Positions 36,836-46,631 of a DNA stretch of 64,000 nucleotides are shown here, piece after piece (the first letter of the stretch is position 1; each line of letters starts with the position of its first letter). The stretch is taken from positions 453,744 to 517,743 of the forward strand of contig JBMNHC010000001.1 in the NCBI GenBank assembly GCA_050950165.1. The letters are read 5' to 3'. The translations under genes were made by a program, and so were the position numbers. This stretch comes from Candidatus Dojkabacteria bacterium. GTDB taxonomy: Bacteria > Patescibacteriota > Dojkabacteria > SC72. The notes below the pieces were generated by a model. It did not search any database and was not told the origin of the DNA. It saw only the letters and a list, made by a program, of their open reading frames with translations.

Positions 36836-36924
36836 TTCTTTTTAAAGTATCTATTACCCTAGACCAGAGCATCTCCTTGTTGTATTATTTATATATACTA
36901 ATTTAAACTGCTTACTGCTCAACA

Positions 36925-38352
36925 ATGAAGATACAATTCCTAGGTGCTACAAGAACAGTAACGGGTTCTTGCTATTATATAGATACTGGAACCTTTAAAT
37001 TTTTGGTTGATTGTGGTGCTTTCCAAGGTAAAGATGAATTAGAGAAATTAAACTATGAACCATTTCCTTTTGATCCTGCCTCTATAGATGCAATATTTCT
37101 TACTCACGCTCACTATGACCACTGTGGAAGAATCCCCATATTAGTTAAGCAAGGTTTTAAAGGTAGAATATTCTCTACACAACCAACTAGAGATTTAGCT
37201 AGAATTGTTCTACTTGATGCTGCTAATTTGCAAAGGGAGTCATATGAGAAATGGACTGTTAGAAGTAGAGAGGAGAGTGAGCAGAAGGAGCTTTCTGAGG
37301 AAGGTTCTTTGTATGAACAGAGGAAACCTCTCTTTTCAGAAAGTGATGTAGAAAGTATGATGCAGTTGTTTGAGGTATATCCCTACGGTGCTTCTGTTAA
37401 CTTACACAATGGTGTTGAGTTTAGATTTAGAGATGCTGGGCATATTTTAGGCTCCGCTATTATGGAGTTTTGGGTAAAAACAGATGCAGGTAGAGAGAGA
37501 AAGATTGTATTTTCTGGAGACTTAGGTCAGCCTGGAGCAAGAATTGTAAGAGATCCAGACTTAATTAGAGAAGCAGACTATGTAATATGTGAGTCTACAT
37601 ATGGTAATAGGTTGCACAAAAACAAAGATGAGACTGTACTAGAACTTCTCTCTATACTAAAACAGGCACAAGAAGAGGGTGGTAATGTATTAATTCCATC
37701 TTTTGCAATTGAGAGAACACAAGAAGTTTTGTATGAGATTAATCTGTTTGTAGAAAACAAATTACTAGATCCAATGCCTGTATATTTAGATAGCCCTATG
37801 GCTTCTAGGGCTACTGCTATTTTCAGGCAGTATCCTACCTTCTATGATGAAGATGCTAGAAGATTACTTGATAAGGGAGATGATCCTTTTAATTTCCCTG
37901 GATTAGAAAAGATAGAGTCTGTTGAAGATTCTAAAAGATTAGTATCTAAAAATGGTGTTGTAATTATTGCTGGTAGTGGGATGTGTACTGGTGGGAGAAT
38001 AGTTCACCACATTAAGAATCATATATATAAGCCTAGTACTCATATGATTTTTGTTGGGTATCAGGTGGAGGGAACACTTGGTAGGAAGTTAGTGGATGGT
38101 GAAAAGGATATTAAAGTTATGGGTAAACCTGTTGAAGTTCATGCAAAGATACATACATTGGGAGGTTTCTCTGCTCATGCTGACCAGAGAGACCTAAGAT
38201 ATTGGTTAAGAAGCTTCGGTCATACCCCTAAGAAGATATTCATTACACACGGTGATGAAGAGATTGCCATCGGTTTTGCTACAAATATTAAGAGTGAATT
38301 AAATATTGAAACAGATGTTCCTAAATTAAATGAGGTATTTGAATTAAAGTAA
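36925..38352 (+). CDS. MBL-fold beta-CASP ribonuclease (YSH1-like)
   Basis: THAHYDHCG, AGHILGS, FSGDLG, ESTYG, AGSGMC.GG, FSAHAD, HG.E. Confidence 0.93.
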   Translation: MKIQFLGATRTVTGSCYYIDTGTFKFLVDCGAFQGKDELEKLNYEPFPFDPASIDAIFLTHAHYDHCGRIPILVKQGFKGRIFSTQPTRDLARIVLLDAANLQRESYEKWTVRSREESEQKELSEEGSLYEQRKPLFSESDVESMMQLFEVYPYGASVNLHNGVEFRFRDAGHILGSAIMEFWVKTDAGRERKIVFSGDLGQPGARIVRDPDLIREADYVICESTYGNRLHKNKDETVLELLSILKQAQEEGGNVLIPSFAIERTQEVLYEINLFVENKLLDPMPVYLDSPMASRATAIFRQYPTFYDEDARRLLDKGDDPFNFPGLEKIESVEDSKRLVSKNGVVIIAGSGMCTGGRIVHHIKNHIYKPSTHMIFVGYQVEGTLGRKLVDGEKDIKVMGKPVEVHAKIHTLGGFSAHADQRDLRYWLRSFGHTPKKIFITHGDEEIAIGFATNIKSELNIETDVPKLNEVFELK

Positions 38353-39296
38353 TGGATATACAGAAGATTTTAGGTATTGAAAAAGATATTAAAGATTTGA
38401 ACATTCAAGGAGCAACCAATGTTGCCATTGCTACCTTGGAAGGTATGAAGATATATATCTATGAATCTGAACAGAGTGATCCAGATCTGTTTTACAAAGA
38501 GCTAATGGAGGTTGGACAGAGATTGGCTAATGCAAGAGAGAATGAGCCTTTAGCTAGAAATGGTGTAGGGTATATTAAATATATGTACAAACAGAAGAAT
38601 ATTGATTTACATGATATTAAAAGTATGAAACAAGCTCTTGATGGGTTCTGTGAGCAGTTTCTTACAATGATTGCGGACAGTAAAAGATCTATCATTGAAC
38701 AGTGTGTTCCTAGATTGAAGTTTTTTGAGAATGTTCTTACTCACTGTCACTCTTCTACAGCTCTTGCAGTGATAAAGGGTATAGGGGAGGGGAAGGATTC
38801 TTTTGATGTAGTATGTACTGAATCTAGACCTAGATACCAGGGTAGAAAGACTGCTAGAAGTCTTTTGAATGAAGGCATTTCTACTACTATGATTGTTGAT
38901 AGTGCAGTTGAATCTTTTATCATTGGAAGAGGATCTGTTCCTATCGATACTATCTTTATCGGTAGTGATCAGATAACAATGAGTGGATATTGTATAAATA
39001 AGATAGGGAGTTGGGGAATAGCTATGAGTGCATACCATGCTAGTAAGCCTGTATATGTTGTTTCACCACTTTTAAAGGTAGACCCTAGTATTGGAGTAAA
39101 TGATTTAGTAATTGAAGTGAGGGAAGATAGAGAGCTATGGCCTGATGCACCCAAAGACCTTATGATTTACAATCCTGCTTTTGAGGTTGTTGATAGGGAT
39201 TTAGTTACTGGTTTTTTGACCGAATTTGGTATAGTAAAGCCTAGGGAGATAGCTGATATTATTCGTGCTAAATATGCATGGCTTTTTGAAACTTAA
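38352..39296 (+). CDS. Ribose-1,5-bisphosphate isomerase (eIF-2B family)
   Basis: IQGATNVA, LTHCHSS (catalytic Cys), ESRP.YQG, GSD, NKIGS, NPAFE; adjacent to AMP phosphorylase. Confidence 0.88.
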   Translation: MDIQKILGIEKDIKDLNIQGATNVAIATLEGMKIYIYESEQSDPDLFYKELMEVGQRLANARENEPLARNGVGYIKYMYKQKNIDLHDIKSMKQALDGFCEQFLTMIADSKRSIIEQCVPRLKFFENVLTHCHSSTALAVIKGIGEGKDSFDVVCTESRPRYQGRKTARSLLNEGISTTMIVDSAVESFIIGRGSVPIDTIFIGSDQITMSGYCINKIGSWGIAMSAYHASKPVYVVSPLLKVDPSIGVNDLVIEVREDRELWPDAPKDLMIYNPAFEVVDRDLVTGFLTEFGIVKPREIADIIRAKYAWLFET

Positions 39297-39314
39297 TTTA
39301 AAATTTTAACTAGA

Positions 39315-40823
39315 ATGTCACTTTATCTAAAGAGCAAAAAGATTGATCTAGGAGCAGGTAAGGACCTGTTCGTTGTAGTGCATCAAAGTGATGCAGATGA
39401 CCTTGGGATCACTGAGGGAGAGGTAGTATTGTTAGGCTACAGGGACGTAGAACTTTACGTAAAAGTTATAATTACAGATAGTGAGGTAGGTGTAGGAGAA
39501 GTAGGTCTCTATGAGGAAATAACGGAGGAATATCACATACCAGAGAGTGCTAAGGTGATGATAGATATCCCTAACGCTAGTAAATCTCTAGAAGCTATTA
39601 AGAAAAAGATATCGGGTCTTAGACTTAATGAAGAGGAAGTACTCTCAATTATGGAAGATATTGGTTCTAGGAAGCTAAAGGAAACAGAAGTTGCGTTTTT
39701 TGTCTCTACTTTCTTTAACCCTGGTTTTAACAATGATGAGATTAAATGGATGGCTAAGGGTATGGCCGAATCAGGAGAGATATTGGACTTCAAATATATT
39801 AAGAATAACAAGGAGTTGGTAGTAGACAAACACTCCATAGGAGGAACTGCGGGTAAGGGTATTACCCCAACTCTAGTACCTATGCTTGCTGCTACTGGCT
39901 TGGTAGTTCCTAACAGTTCCACGCGAGCCATTACATCTCCTGCAGGCACGACAGATATTTTAGAGTGTGTAATGCCTGTTGCTCTTGACAAGAAAAAGGT
40001 ATACGAGGTTGTTGGTAAGGTAGGTGCATGTATGGTATGGGGAGGGTCACTGTATTTAGCTCCAGCTGATGATGAAATCATTAATGTAGAAAGGTCTCTT
40101 AAGATTCAAGAGTTTCAGAAGGTTCTAGTTAGTATTGTTGCTAAGAAAATCGCTATGGGTGTCACATCAGTTCTGATTGATCTGCCATATGGCAAAGGAA
40201 CCAAGTTAGAGAGACCTGACGACTTAGAATTTCTCGAAAGAGAGTTTGAGAAACTATTCAAAGAATTTAATATTAAATGTGTAACATTCAGAAGAGTAGT
40301 TAAAGGTCCTGATGGTAATGGAATCGGTCCAACTTTGGAGATGAGAGACTGTTTGAGGATATTAGAAAGAGATGAGAAACGCCCATTAGAGATGGAAGAG
40401 GTCGTGATAGGGATGGCAGGGGAGATATTTGAGCACAACGGTAAGGCTAAGAAAGGGGAGGGTAAGAAACTTGCACAAGAATTGTTAGATTCAGGTAAAG
40501 CATTAAAGAAGTTCTGGGAGATTGCAAAAGCTCAAGGTGCTAAAAAGGTGGTTAAGGCCAACGAATTAGAAGGTGGTAAACTAACACACGAGGTATTAGC
40601 TCCAAAGGACTTTGATATTAAATATATATGTACTAGAGAGATTGTAGAGATAGCAAGAGCTCTGGGTACACCTAAAATTAAAGATGCAGGTATATATCTA
40701 GAGAAGATGCCAGGAGAGAGCATTAAGAAAGGAGAGGTGTTAATGACCCTATTTGCAACTACACAGGACAGGTTAGATGATGGAATTAAGGCTGTTGATT
40801 TGAGTAAACTTTACGAGATTTAG
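39315..40823 (+). CDS. AMP phosphorylase (archaeal-type NMP phosphorylase)
   Basis: Extra N-terminal domain, DKHSIGG, SSTRAITSPAGT.D, WGG...LAPADD.II.VE, GIGP.LE, AGIYL. Confidence 0.92.
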   Translation: MSLYLKSKKIDLGAGKDLFVVVHQSDADDLGITEGEVVLLGYRDVELYVKVIITDSEVGVGEVGLYEEITEEYHIPESAKVMIDIPNASKSLEAIKKKISGLRLNEEEVLSIMEDIGSRKLKETEVAFFVSTFFNPGFNNDEIKWMAKGMAESGEILDFKYIKNNKELVVDKHSIGGTAGKGITPTLVPMLAATGLVVPNSSTRAITSPAGTTDILECVMPVALDKKKVYEVVGKVGACMVWGGSLYLAPADDEIINVERSLKIQEFQKVLVSIVAKKIAMGVTSVLIDLPYGKGTKLERPDDLEFLEREFEKLFKEFNIKCVTFRRVVKGPDGNGIGPTLEMRDCLRILERDEKRPLEMEEVVIGMAGEIFEHNGKAKKGEGKKLAQELLDSGKALKKFWEIAKAQGAKKVVKANELEGGKLTHEVLAPKDFDIKYICTREIVEIARALGTPKIKDAGIYLEKMPGESIKKGEVLMTLFATTQDRLDDGIKAVDLSKLYEI

Positions 40824-42639
40824 TTCTCTTAGCTAGTTTAGTAATTACATTCAAAAGTAATATTAATAGTCCTAATACTAGTAGTATGGGAAGGAGTATT
40901 ATTATTGATTTCCCTATCACTGTAGTTTTGATAAAAGTATTTATTCCATCTATTGCACTACTACTATCTCCTTCCTCTACCGATGTAATGTCTGAGTACT
41001 CTAAAAGAGTCTCTTGGTTAGGTACAGACTCTACTGCATATATTGAGACAGAGTAGTTAGAAAAATCCTCATTATTTGCATTATCAGCAGAATATATCTT
41101 TATATTAGTAATCTTTTCATCAAAGAAAGTCTCCCAAAGTACTTTCTCAATATTCTGTCCAATTAACATATTCTCTCCCTCTACAGTAGGATCTACACTC
41201 AACCAACCGTACTCTGGAATCCATATATGTACCCATTGATGTCTACTGTTTCCTTCAGTATCACTCTTCTCTTTTGTTACTAAATTAGAATATCCTAGTG
41301 CTGCTCTCGCAGGAACACCCTGTGCTCTTAGTATTGCAATCATAGAGTCTGCATACTCCATACATACAGATGCTTCTCCTTGTAATGCAGCCCTAGCTCC
41401 CATTCTCTCATTCTTGCTATTTGCCTTCTGCTCATCATACTCTAATTTACTATTAATATATCTATAATCATTTTTGATTAACTCCATAATGGTACTACTT
41501 TGATCAAGAAGCTTTTTAGCTTCACTTGCAATGTAGATATCTGTACTCTCCCAGTATTTAGTAGGAGTTGTATATTTTTTTAATTCATTTTTCTCCTTAA
41601 TCTTACTGAAATATTCACCCAAGCTATACTCAGGTATCGCTCTTCTGTTCTCATAGCTGTCTTGCTTTAGCCATATATATCCTGTTACTAATATCTCACT
41701 ACTTTTGTTTGCTGCAACCTCAAACCTTGCCACCATATTCCCCTCACTATCCTTAGTTAACTTAACTGGAGTAGGATATATTCTCTCTATCTTTACTCTC
41801 TGATTAACCTCTCCAAAATCTCTAGGTAAAGAAAACTCATATATATTTGTTGAGAGAGCACCAATTAGGGAAGAATATTTGTCTGGAACAATACTGTCTG
41901 TTTTAGGTGTTTTGTACTTTAGCTCAAACCTATATATCTGCTCTGTACCAAACTCTAGTGTAGGAGAGTGCTCAATCCTATCCTTTGCAGAAAATGAATA
42001 TATATTGTTAGTAAGTGTTTGTTCTAGTTTGAACTCTTTAGGAAATACTCTTACTAAAGGTTGTATATCTTTCTCTGTGATAATCTTTAAGTCATATGAG
42101 AGAGATGTTTTTGTTCCACTCTTTTCATCTTTCTGAACAAACGGAGTGTCTTTGTAGAGTGCAGGAGCAAAAAGTATTGTATGATTGTAATTCCTTTTTA
42201 CCAAATCATGAGTCTTGTACTCTACAAATATTTTGTATGGAGAACTTAGTGTAGTTTCTTTGTAGTTAGGAACTTTTAAATACATACCCTCTCCATCTTT
42301 TAGTTGCTCTAAGGTGTAGGTAAGGTTTCTCTTTGATGTAGGATCTATTACCTTCAACGAATCTTTCTTGTACTGTCTCTCTAGCTGTATCTCATGTGCT
42401 TTACTAGTAGGTAGATCAGGGATATGGAATATCTTCTCTCCCTCCATTGAGTAAAAATATTTACTGTTTCTTACCTCTCTAATATATGTAGTTTGTACTA
42501 GTACAAAATCTTGCCCCGTTTGATACCTAATGGTCGTATTGTTTTGTATATTAAAATCATATGTTTGAGCATATATAGAGGTAGGGATAGTAAAGAGCAG
42601 AACTATTAGGAATAAATATTTTAAAAATTTTTCTTGCAT
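40786..42639 (-). CDS. Exported transglutaminase-like (Cys protease fold) protein with C-terminal TM
   Basis: Signal peptide; VCMEYA, GVPAR...GY, HQW, GW..VDPT give a Cys-His-Asp triad. Confidence 0.85.
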   Translation of the reverse strand: MQEKFLKYLFLIVLLFTIPTSIYAQTYDFNIQNNTTIRYQTGQDFVLVQTTYIREVRNSKYFYSMEGEKIFHIPDLPTSKAHEIQLERQYKKDSLKVIDPTSKRNLTYTLEQLKDGEGMYLKVPNYKETTLSSPYKIFVEYKTHDLVKRNYNHTILFAPALYKDTPFVQKDEKSGTKTSLSYDLKIITEKDIQPLVRVFPKEFKLEQTLTNNIYSFSAKDRIEHSPTLEFGTEQIYRFELKYKTPKTDSIVPDKYSSLIGALSTNIYEFSLPRDFGEVNQRVKIERIYPTPVKLTKDSEGNMVARFEVAANKSSEILVTGYIWLKQDSYENRRAIPEYSLGEYFSKIKEKNELKKYTTPTKYWESTDIYIASEAKKLLDQSSTIMELIKNDYRYINSKLEYDEQKANSKNERMGARAALQGEASVCMEYADSMIAILRAQGVPARAALGYSNLVTKEKSDTEGNSRHQWVHIWIPEYGWLSVDPTVEGENMLIGQNIEKVLWETFFDEKITNIKIYSADNANNEDFSNYSVSIYAVESVPNQETLLEYSDITSVEEGDSSSAIDGINTFIKTTVIGKSIIILLPILLVLGLLILLLNVITKLAKRTKSRKVYSNQQP

Positions 42640-42715
42640 GTAGATATATTACTTTAGATTTCTTTAAAAGAGTAGTGGGTGATATAATGCGAAGATTAAT
42701 ATATTTAATATATAT

Positions 42716-43840
42716 ATGAGTAAAGTTGTTAGATCACATACACTTTCACTAGGGATAGTGGGATTGCCTAATGCAGGAAAATCTTCTCTTTTTAATGCAC
42801 TAACGAAAAAGGCTGTACCTGCAGAAAACTTTCCATTCTGCACTATAGATAAAAATATTGGGGTAGTAGAGATACCAGATGAGAGATTAGGTAAGCTTGC
42901 TAAGTTTTACGATGCTTTAAAAGTAGTTCCTTCTACAATGACTTTTGTAGATATTGCAGGATTAGTAAAAGGAGCTTCTAAGGGGGAAGGATTGGGTAAT
43001 CAGTTCCTCTCTCATATTAGGGAGGTAGATGTCATAGTGTATCTTCTTAGAGCATTTCGAAGTGATGAGATTGTACATGTATATAGTAGTGTGGATCCAG
43101 TTAGGGATTTTGAGATAGTGCAATCAGAGTTAATCCTTAAGGATTTAGAAGTAGTAGAGAAGAGATTAGCTCTAGCCAGAAAAGAGAGTAGGTCTAGTAG
43201 TGAGCAGTTAACTAAACAAGAAGTAGAGGTGTTAGAGAAGGTAGTTAAATCTCTAAATGAGGGTGTCCCAGTTATAGAGATGAAATTAGAGGAAGAAGAG
43301 ATAGAGAGGATAGATTCTCTTTTCTTACTTACAGCTAAAGAGAGGGTATTTGTTCTCAACTGTAAGGAGGGATTGGATAGTGAGAGAATTTTAGAGTGGG
43401 AGAGAGAATTAGCAAAGATATCAGGAGATAGTGAAATGAGATATATATTAAGAGTAGATGTTAATCTACTCTCAGATTTGGCAGATATGAAAGAGGATGA
43501 GTTTAAGGAGTATGTAGATCTTCTTGGTAGTAGACCTGCTACTGTAGAGGATGTAATTATGTGTGCATACAGGAGGCTTAATCTAATTACCTTCTATACT
43601 GGTTCAAAAAAAGAGTGCAACTCATGGAGTATAGAGGGAGGTGCTTCTGTAAAAAATGCAGCAGGAGTAATACATACTGACTTAGCAAAGAACTTCATAA
43701 CTGCAGATGTAGTTAATGTAGATGAGATGATAGAGGTAGGGGGATTTAATAAGGCAAAAGAGTCTGGGTTAGTCAAAAATCACGGTAAAGAATATATCGT
43801 TAGAGATGGTGATTATATAGTAGTACTAGCAAATAGTTAA
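42716..43840 (+). CDS. ychF: Ribosome-binding ATPase YchF
   Basis: GIVGLPNAGKS, FPFCTI, DIAGLVKGASKGEGLGNQFL, TGS domain. TGATATAAT at 42680. Confidence 0.97.
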   Translation: MSKVVRSHTLSLGIVGLPNAGKSSLFNALTKKAVPAENFPFCTIDKNIGVVEIPDERLGKLAKFYDALKVVPSTMTFVDIAGLVKGASKGEGLGNQFLSHIREVDVIVYLLRAFRSDEIVHVYSSVDPVRDFEIVQSELILKDLEVVEKRLALARKESRSSSEQLTKQEVEVLEKVVKSLNEGVPVIEMKLEEEEIERIDSLFLLTAKERVFVLNCKEGLDSERILEWERELAKISGDSEMRYILRVDVNLLSDLADMKEDEFKEYVDLLGSRPATVEDVIMCAYRRLNLITFYTGSKKECNSWSIEGGASVKNAAGVIHTDLAKNFITADVVNVDEMIEVGGFNKAKESGLVKNHGKEYIVRDGDYIVVLANS

Positions 43841-43845
43841 TAGAA

Positions 43846-43874
43846 TTGTCTTTCTCTCTTTTTTCTGCTAAAAT
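43846..43874 (+). promoter_or_regulatory. Promoter of rpsF-ssb-rpsR
   Basis: TTGTCT-17 nt-TAAAAT with TG extension. Confidence 0.65.
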
Positions 43875-43913
43875 TCCACTCGCATTGATATTAATTTAAT
43901 AGTTTGTTTTTTG

Positions 43914-44270
43914 ATGTCTACAGATAGAGTAAAAAAGGTAAAGAATTATGAAATGATGATAGTACTTAAACCATTATTACCAGATGATTTGAGGAAAAGT
44001 ATTCATAAGGAGTTTGTTTCAATGATTGAGAAAGAAGGTGGAGAGGTATTAGATGTAGATGTATGGGGTAAGAGATACCTAGCATACAAGATAGACGGTC
44101 ATAGTGAGGGGTACTACATAGTTTACAATTTCAAATCTAGTCCTAGTTTAATCAATGAGATGAAGAGAGTATTGCATTTAAGGCAAGAGATATTACGCTT
44201 TATGATTGTAGAAGAGGATCATCCTGAGCAGATAGGGACTAGAATCAAGAAAAAAGAGATTGAGGTTTAG
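43914..44270 (+). CDS. rpsF: 30S ribosomal protein S6
   Basis: YE.M....P, WGKR.LAY.I....EGYY. Confidence 0.95.
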   Translation: MSTDRVKKVKNYEMMIVLKPLLPDDLRKSIHKEFVSMIEKEGGEVLDVDVWGKRYLAYKIDGHSEGYYIVYNFKSSPSLINEMKRVLHLRQEILRFMIVEEDHPEQIGTRIKKKEIEV

Positions 44271-44333
44271 TTCAGTATTTTTTAAAAATTAGTTGGTAAT
44301 ATTTAAATAAGTTAAATTTATAATATATATACA

Positions 44334-44801
44334 ATGTCAGCAAGGTCTTTAAATAAAGTTCAGTTGATAGGGAACTTAACAAGGGAACCAGAGTTAAGGT
44401 ATACAACCTCTGGAACACCTGTAGCAACCTTCGGTTTAGCTACAAACAAATCTTGGAAGGATCAAGATGGTAATATGAAAGAGGTTGCAGAATTTCACAA
44501 TATTGTAGCTTGGAATAAGATGGCAGAGATTTGCCAACAGCTTTTAGCAAAGGGAATGAAGGTATACATTGAAGGATCTCTAACAACTAGGTCATGGGAA
44601 GCAGAAGATGGTTCAACTAGATACAAGACAGAGATTAGAGTAAATGATATGATTCTTCTTGATAGCAAAGGAAAGACTGCAGCAGGAGCATCTGAGCAGT
44701 CAGAACCTGCAGTAGAGGAAGAGGTTGCTCAAGAGGAGGAAGTAGATGAGGAGCCTGTTGCTAATGAAGATCCTCTTGAGGATACTGATTTACCATTTTA
44801 A
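44334..44801 (+). CDS. ssb: Single-stranded DNA-binding protein
   Basis: LNKVQLIGNL..PELRYT, acidic tail ending DLPF. Confidence 0.97.
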   Translation: MSARSLNKVQLIGNLTREPELRYTTSGTPVATFGLATNKSWKDQDGNMKEVAEFHNIVAWNKMAEICQQLLAKGMKVYIEGSLTTRSWEAEDGSTRYKTEIRVNDMILLDSKGKTAAGASEQSEPAVEEEVAQEEEVDEEPVANEDPLEDTDLPF

Positions 44802-44820
44802 TTTATAGCTTACAGAGTAG

Positions 44821-45165
44821 ATGAGTGATATTGATGAGAAAAAAGTAGAAGCCCCAACACTAGAAGATGTCTTTGATGATCGTAGTGTTGTAGAAGAGGA
44901 GGGAGATGAGTCTTACGGAGGTAAGAAAAAAGCAAGGAGAAGGAGAAAGATAGTGCAGAATCTAACCTGTTCTCTCTGTGACTCTGGAGTTAAGAATATC
45001 TCTTACAAAGATGTATATCAGCTTAAAAAGTTTACATCTGTTAGAGGTAAAATCATCGCAACAGAAAAATCAGGTGCTTGTCACAAGCATCAGAAGCAAT
45101 TAACAAGAGCTATCAAGAGAGCAAGATATATGGCTCTTCTACCATATGTAGCTAAAGAGAGCTAG
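44821..45165 (+). CDS. rpsR: 30S ribosomal protein S18 with N-terminal acidic extension
   Basis: C..C, I.YKD...LKKF...RGKI, C.KHQ..L..AIKRAR..ALLPY. Confidence 0.95.
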   Translation: MSDIDEKKVEAPTLEDVFDDRSVVEEEGDESYGGKKKARRRRKIVQNLTCSLCDSGVKNISYKDVYQLKKFTSVRGKIIATEKSGACHKHQKQLTRAIKRARYMALLPYVAKES

Positions 45166-45184
45166 AATATTGTATTGAGTTTGT

Positions 45185-45213
45185 AAAGAGGCTAGAGATA
45201 GCCTCTTTTTTTT
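45185..45213 (+). terminator. Intrinsic terminator after rpsR
   Basis: AAAGAGGCTA-GAGA-TAGCCTCTTT hairpin running into T8. Confidence 0.85.
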
Positions 45214-45260
45214 CTCCCTTTGTTTTCAAAATATCCTTTTACTGGTAAACTGAATACATA

Positions 45261-46631
45261 ATGAGTACTACACAGATACTACAAAAGAATGCATATTTAG
45301 TGGTATTAATTAAAGACAACCATATGTTTGCTAATTTAGCATATACAGATTTTTCTTCACAGAAGACATATCTACTCTCAGATATTACAGATCTTTCAGC
45401 TCTTAAGTTTAGAATGGATGATGTTGTATTTAGTAAAAATTTCTGGTTTGAATATTTTGATGCACTAGAGAAAGAATTTGGATGGAATATTGTTGATAGA
45501 AGATGGGGAGAAGTATTTAAGATTGTGGATTTTGAAGATGAAGGAGAAGGAGTTAGTGGTATTAAGATATTGGTAGATGATGACCAACCTTTTTTTAATA
45601 ATATCTTTACCTCTTTGAAAGAGTTTTCTAAAGATATTGTACTTAGAGTAGCAGACGAGAGATATATACAGGTGTTAATGGAGGAACTAAGAGTAAGGCT
45701 TGGATATGATGACCTGTTATGGGTAGATATGGACTTAGCTCATTTCTCTGTTTTTAGAACTTACGAAAGAGAGAGTCCCTTAGGTATCTTTTCTAAAGAT
45801 GCAAAAAAGGAGAGAGGTTTCTTTAAATCTAAAATCTCTTGGAGTAGTGAAATAGGGTTGATTGATTCAATAAAGAATTCTAAATTAAGAGCCTTTCTTT
45901 CATCTGAGTATAACTTTGAGGATTTAGTAGATAAATGGGCTAACTTTGTAGCTAATACTCCTGATTTAATAGTGGACCCTGTACTAGATGACCTTCTTCG
46001 TTCTTTTGCTACAATACAGAATCTCTCTATGAAGGAAGAAAACAGAGAAAAGTTTGATGCTTTCGGAAGAGGTAAGAGTGCAGTTATACTAACAGGTAAG
46101 CTAGCTAAGCTATTAAGAAAGAGAGATCTGTTTTTGTCATTAATAGATGGTTTTGAGCTAGAGGGTATCTTTGATCTCTACTTAGATGTAGAGAATAGGA
46201 TACTTTCATACGGTAAGGATTTAGTAGAGGGTTCTGAAGCAGAAAATATAATGGTAATTAAAGGAGATATCTTGCCTGGTGCATACAAAGTTGTTATTCC
46301 TGAAGTTAATGTTAGTAAGGGTAAGAACAGGGTTCTCTTTTCTGCAAAAATATCTTCTCAAGATTTTGAAGAACGAGATATATATGCACTTAATCCTAGT
46401 TTAGAGATATTTACAATACCTAATGTTGTTAACAAAGTAGTAGTAGAAGGAGCTCTTAAAAATGGTGCTGTACTTACTCATTTTAGTACAACAGATGTAT
46501 CCTTTGTATCTACAAGAGGTGGAGTAAGATATGATGGTTTAGTAGTAGACTGTAGAATCAGACCCATTATTTACGGTCCTAGTGCTAAGGAGAACAAGAT
46601 AAAATTACAAAGTTGGGGAGATGGAAATTAG
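45261..46631 (+). CDS. Hypothetical protein, possibly degenerate glutamate mutase L (GlmL)-like ASKHA fold
   Basis: C-terminal GLVVDCRIRPI recalls G(L/I).IDARGRP of GlmL-like proteins; WVDMD and ILTG remnants. Confidence 0.5.
   Translation: MSTTQILQKNAYLVVLIKDNHMFANLAYTDFSSQKTYLLSDITDLSALKFRMDDVVFSKNFWFEYFDALEKEFGWNIVDRRWGEVFKIVDFEDEGEGVSGIKILVDDDQPFFNNIFTSLKEFSKDIVLRVADERYIQVLMEELRVRLGYDDLLWVDMDLAHFSVFRTYERESPLGIFSKDAKKERGFFKSKISWSSEIGLIDSIKNSKLRAFLSSEYNFEDLVDKWANFVANTPDLIVDPVLDDLLRSFATIQNLSMKEENREKFDAFGRGKSAVILTGKLAKLLRKRDLFLSLIDGFELEGIFDLYLDVENRILSYGKDLVEGSEAENIMVIKGDILPGAYKVVIPEVNVSKGKNRVLFSAKISSQDFEERDIYALNPSLEIFTIPNVVNKVVVEGALKNGAVLTHFSTTDVSFVSTRGGVRYDGLVVDCRIRPIIYGPSAKENKIKLQSWGDGN

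Noticed and set aside
38352-39296. Methylthioribose-1-phosphate isomerase (mtnA) or true eIF-2B
   Set aside because: THCHS rather than THCN(A/T)G, and adjacency to AMP phosphorylase, favour R15P isomerase.
39315-40823. Compositional evidence of recent horizontal transfer of AMP phosphorylase
   Set aside because: CG dinucleotides look slightly more frequent by eye, but this cannot be quantified without computation.
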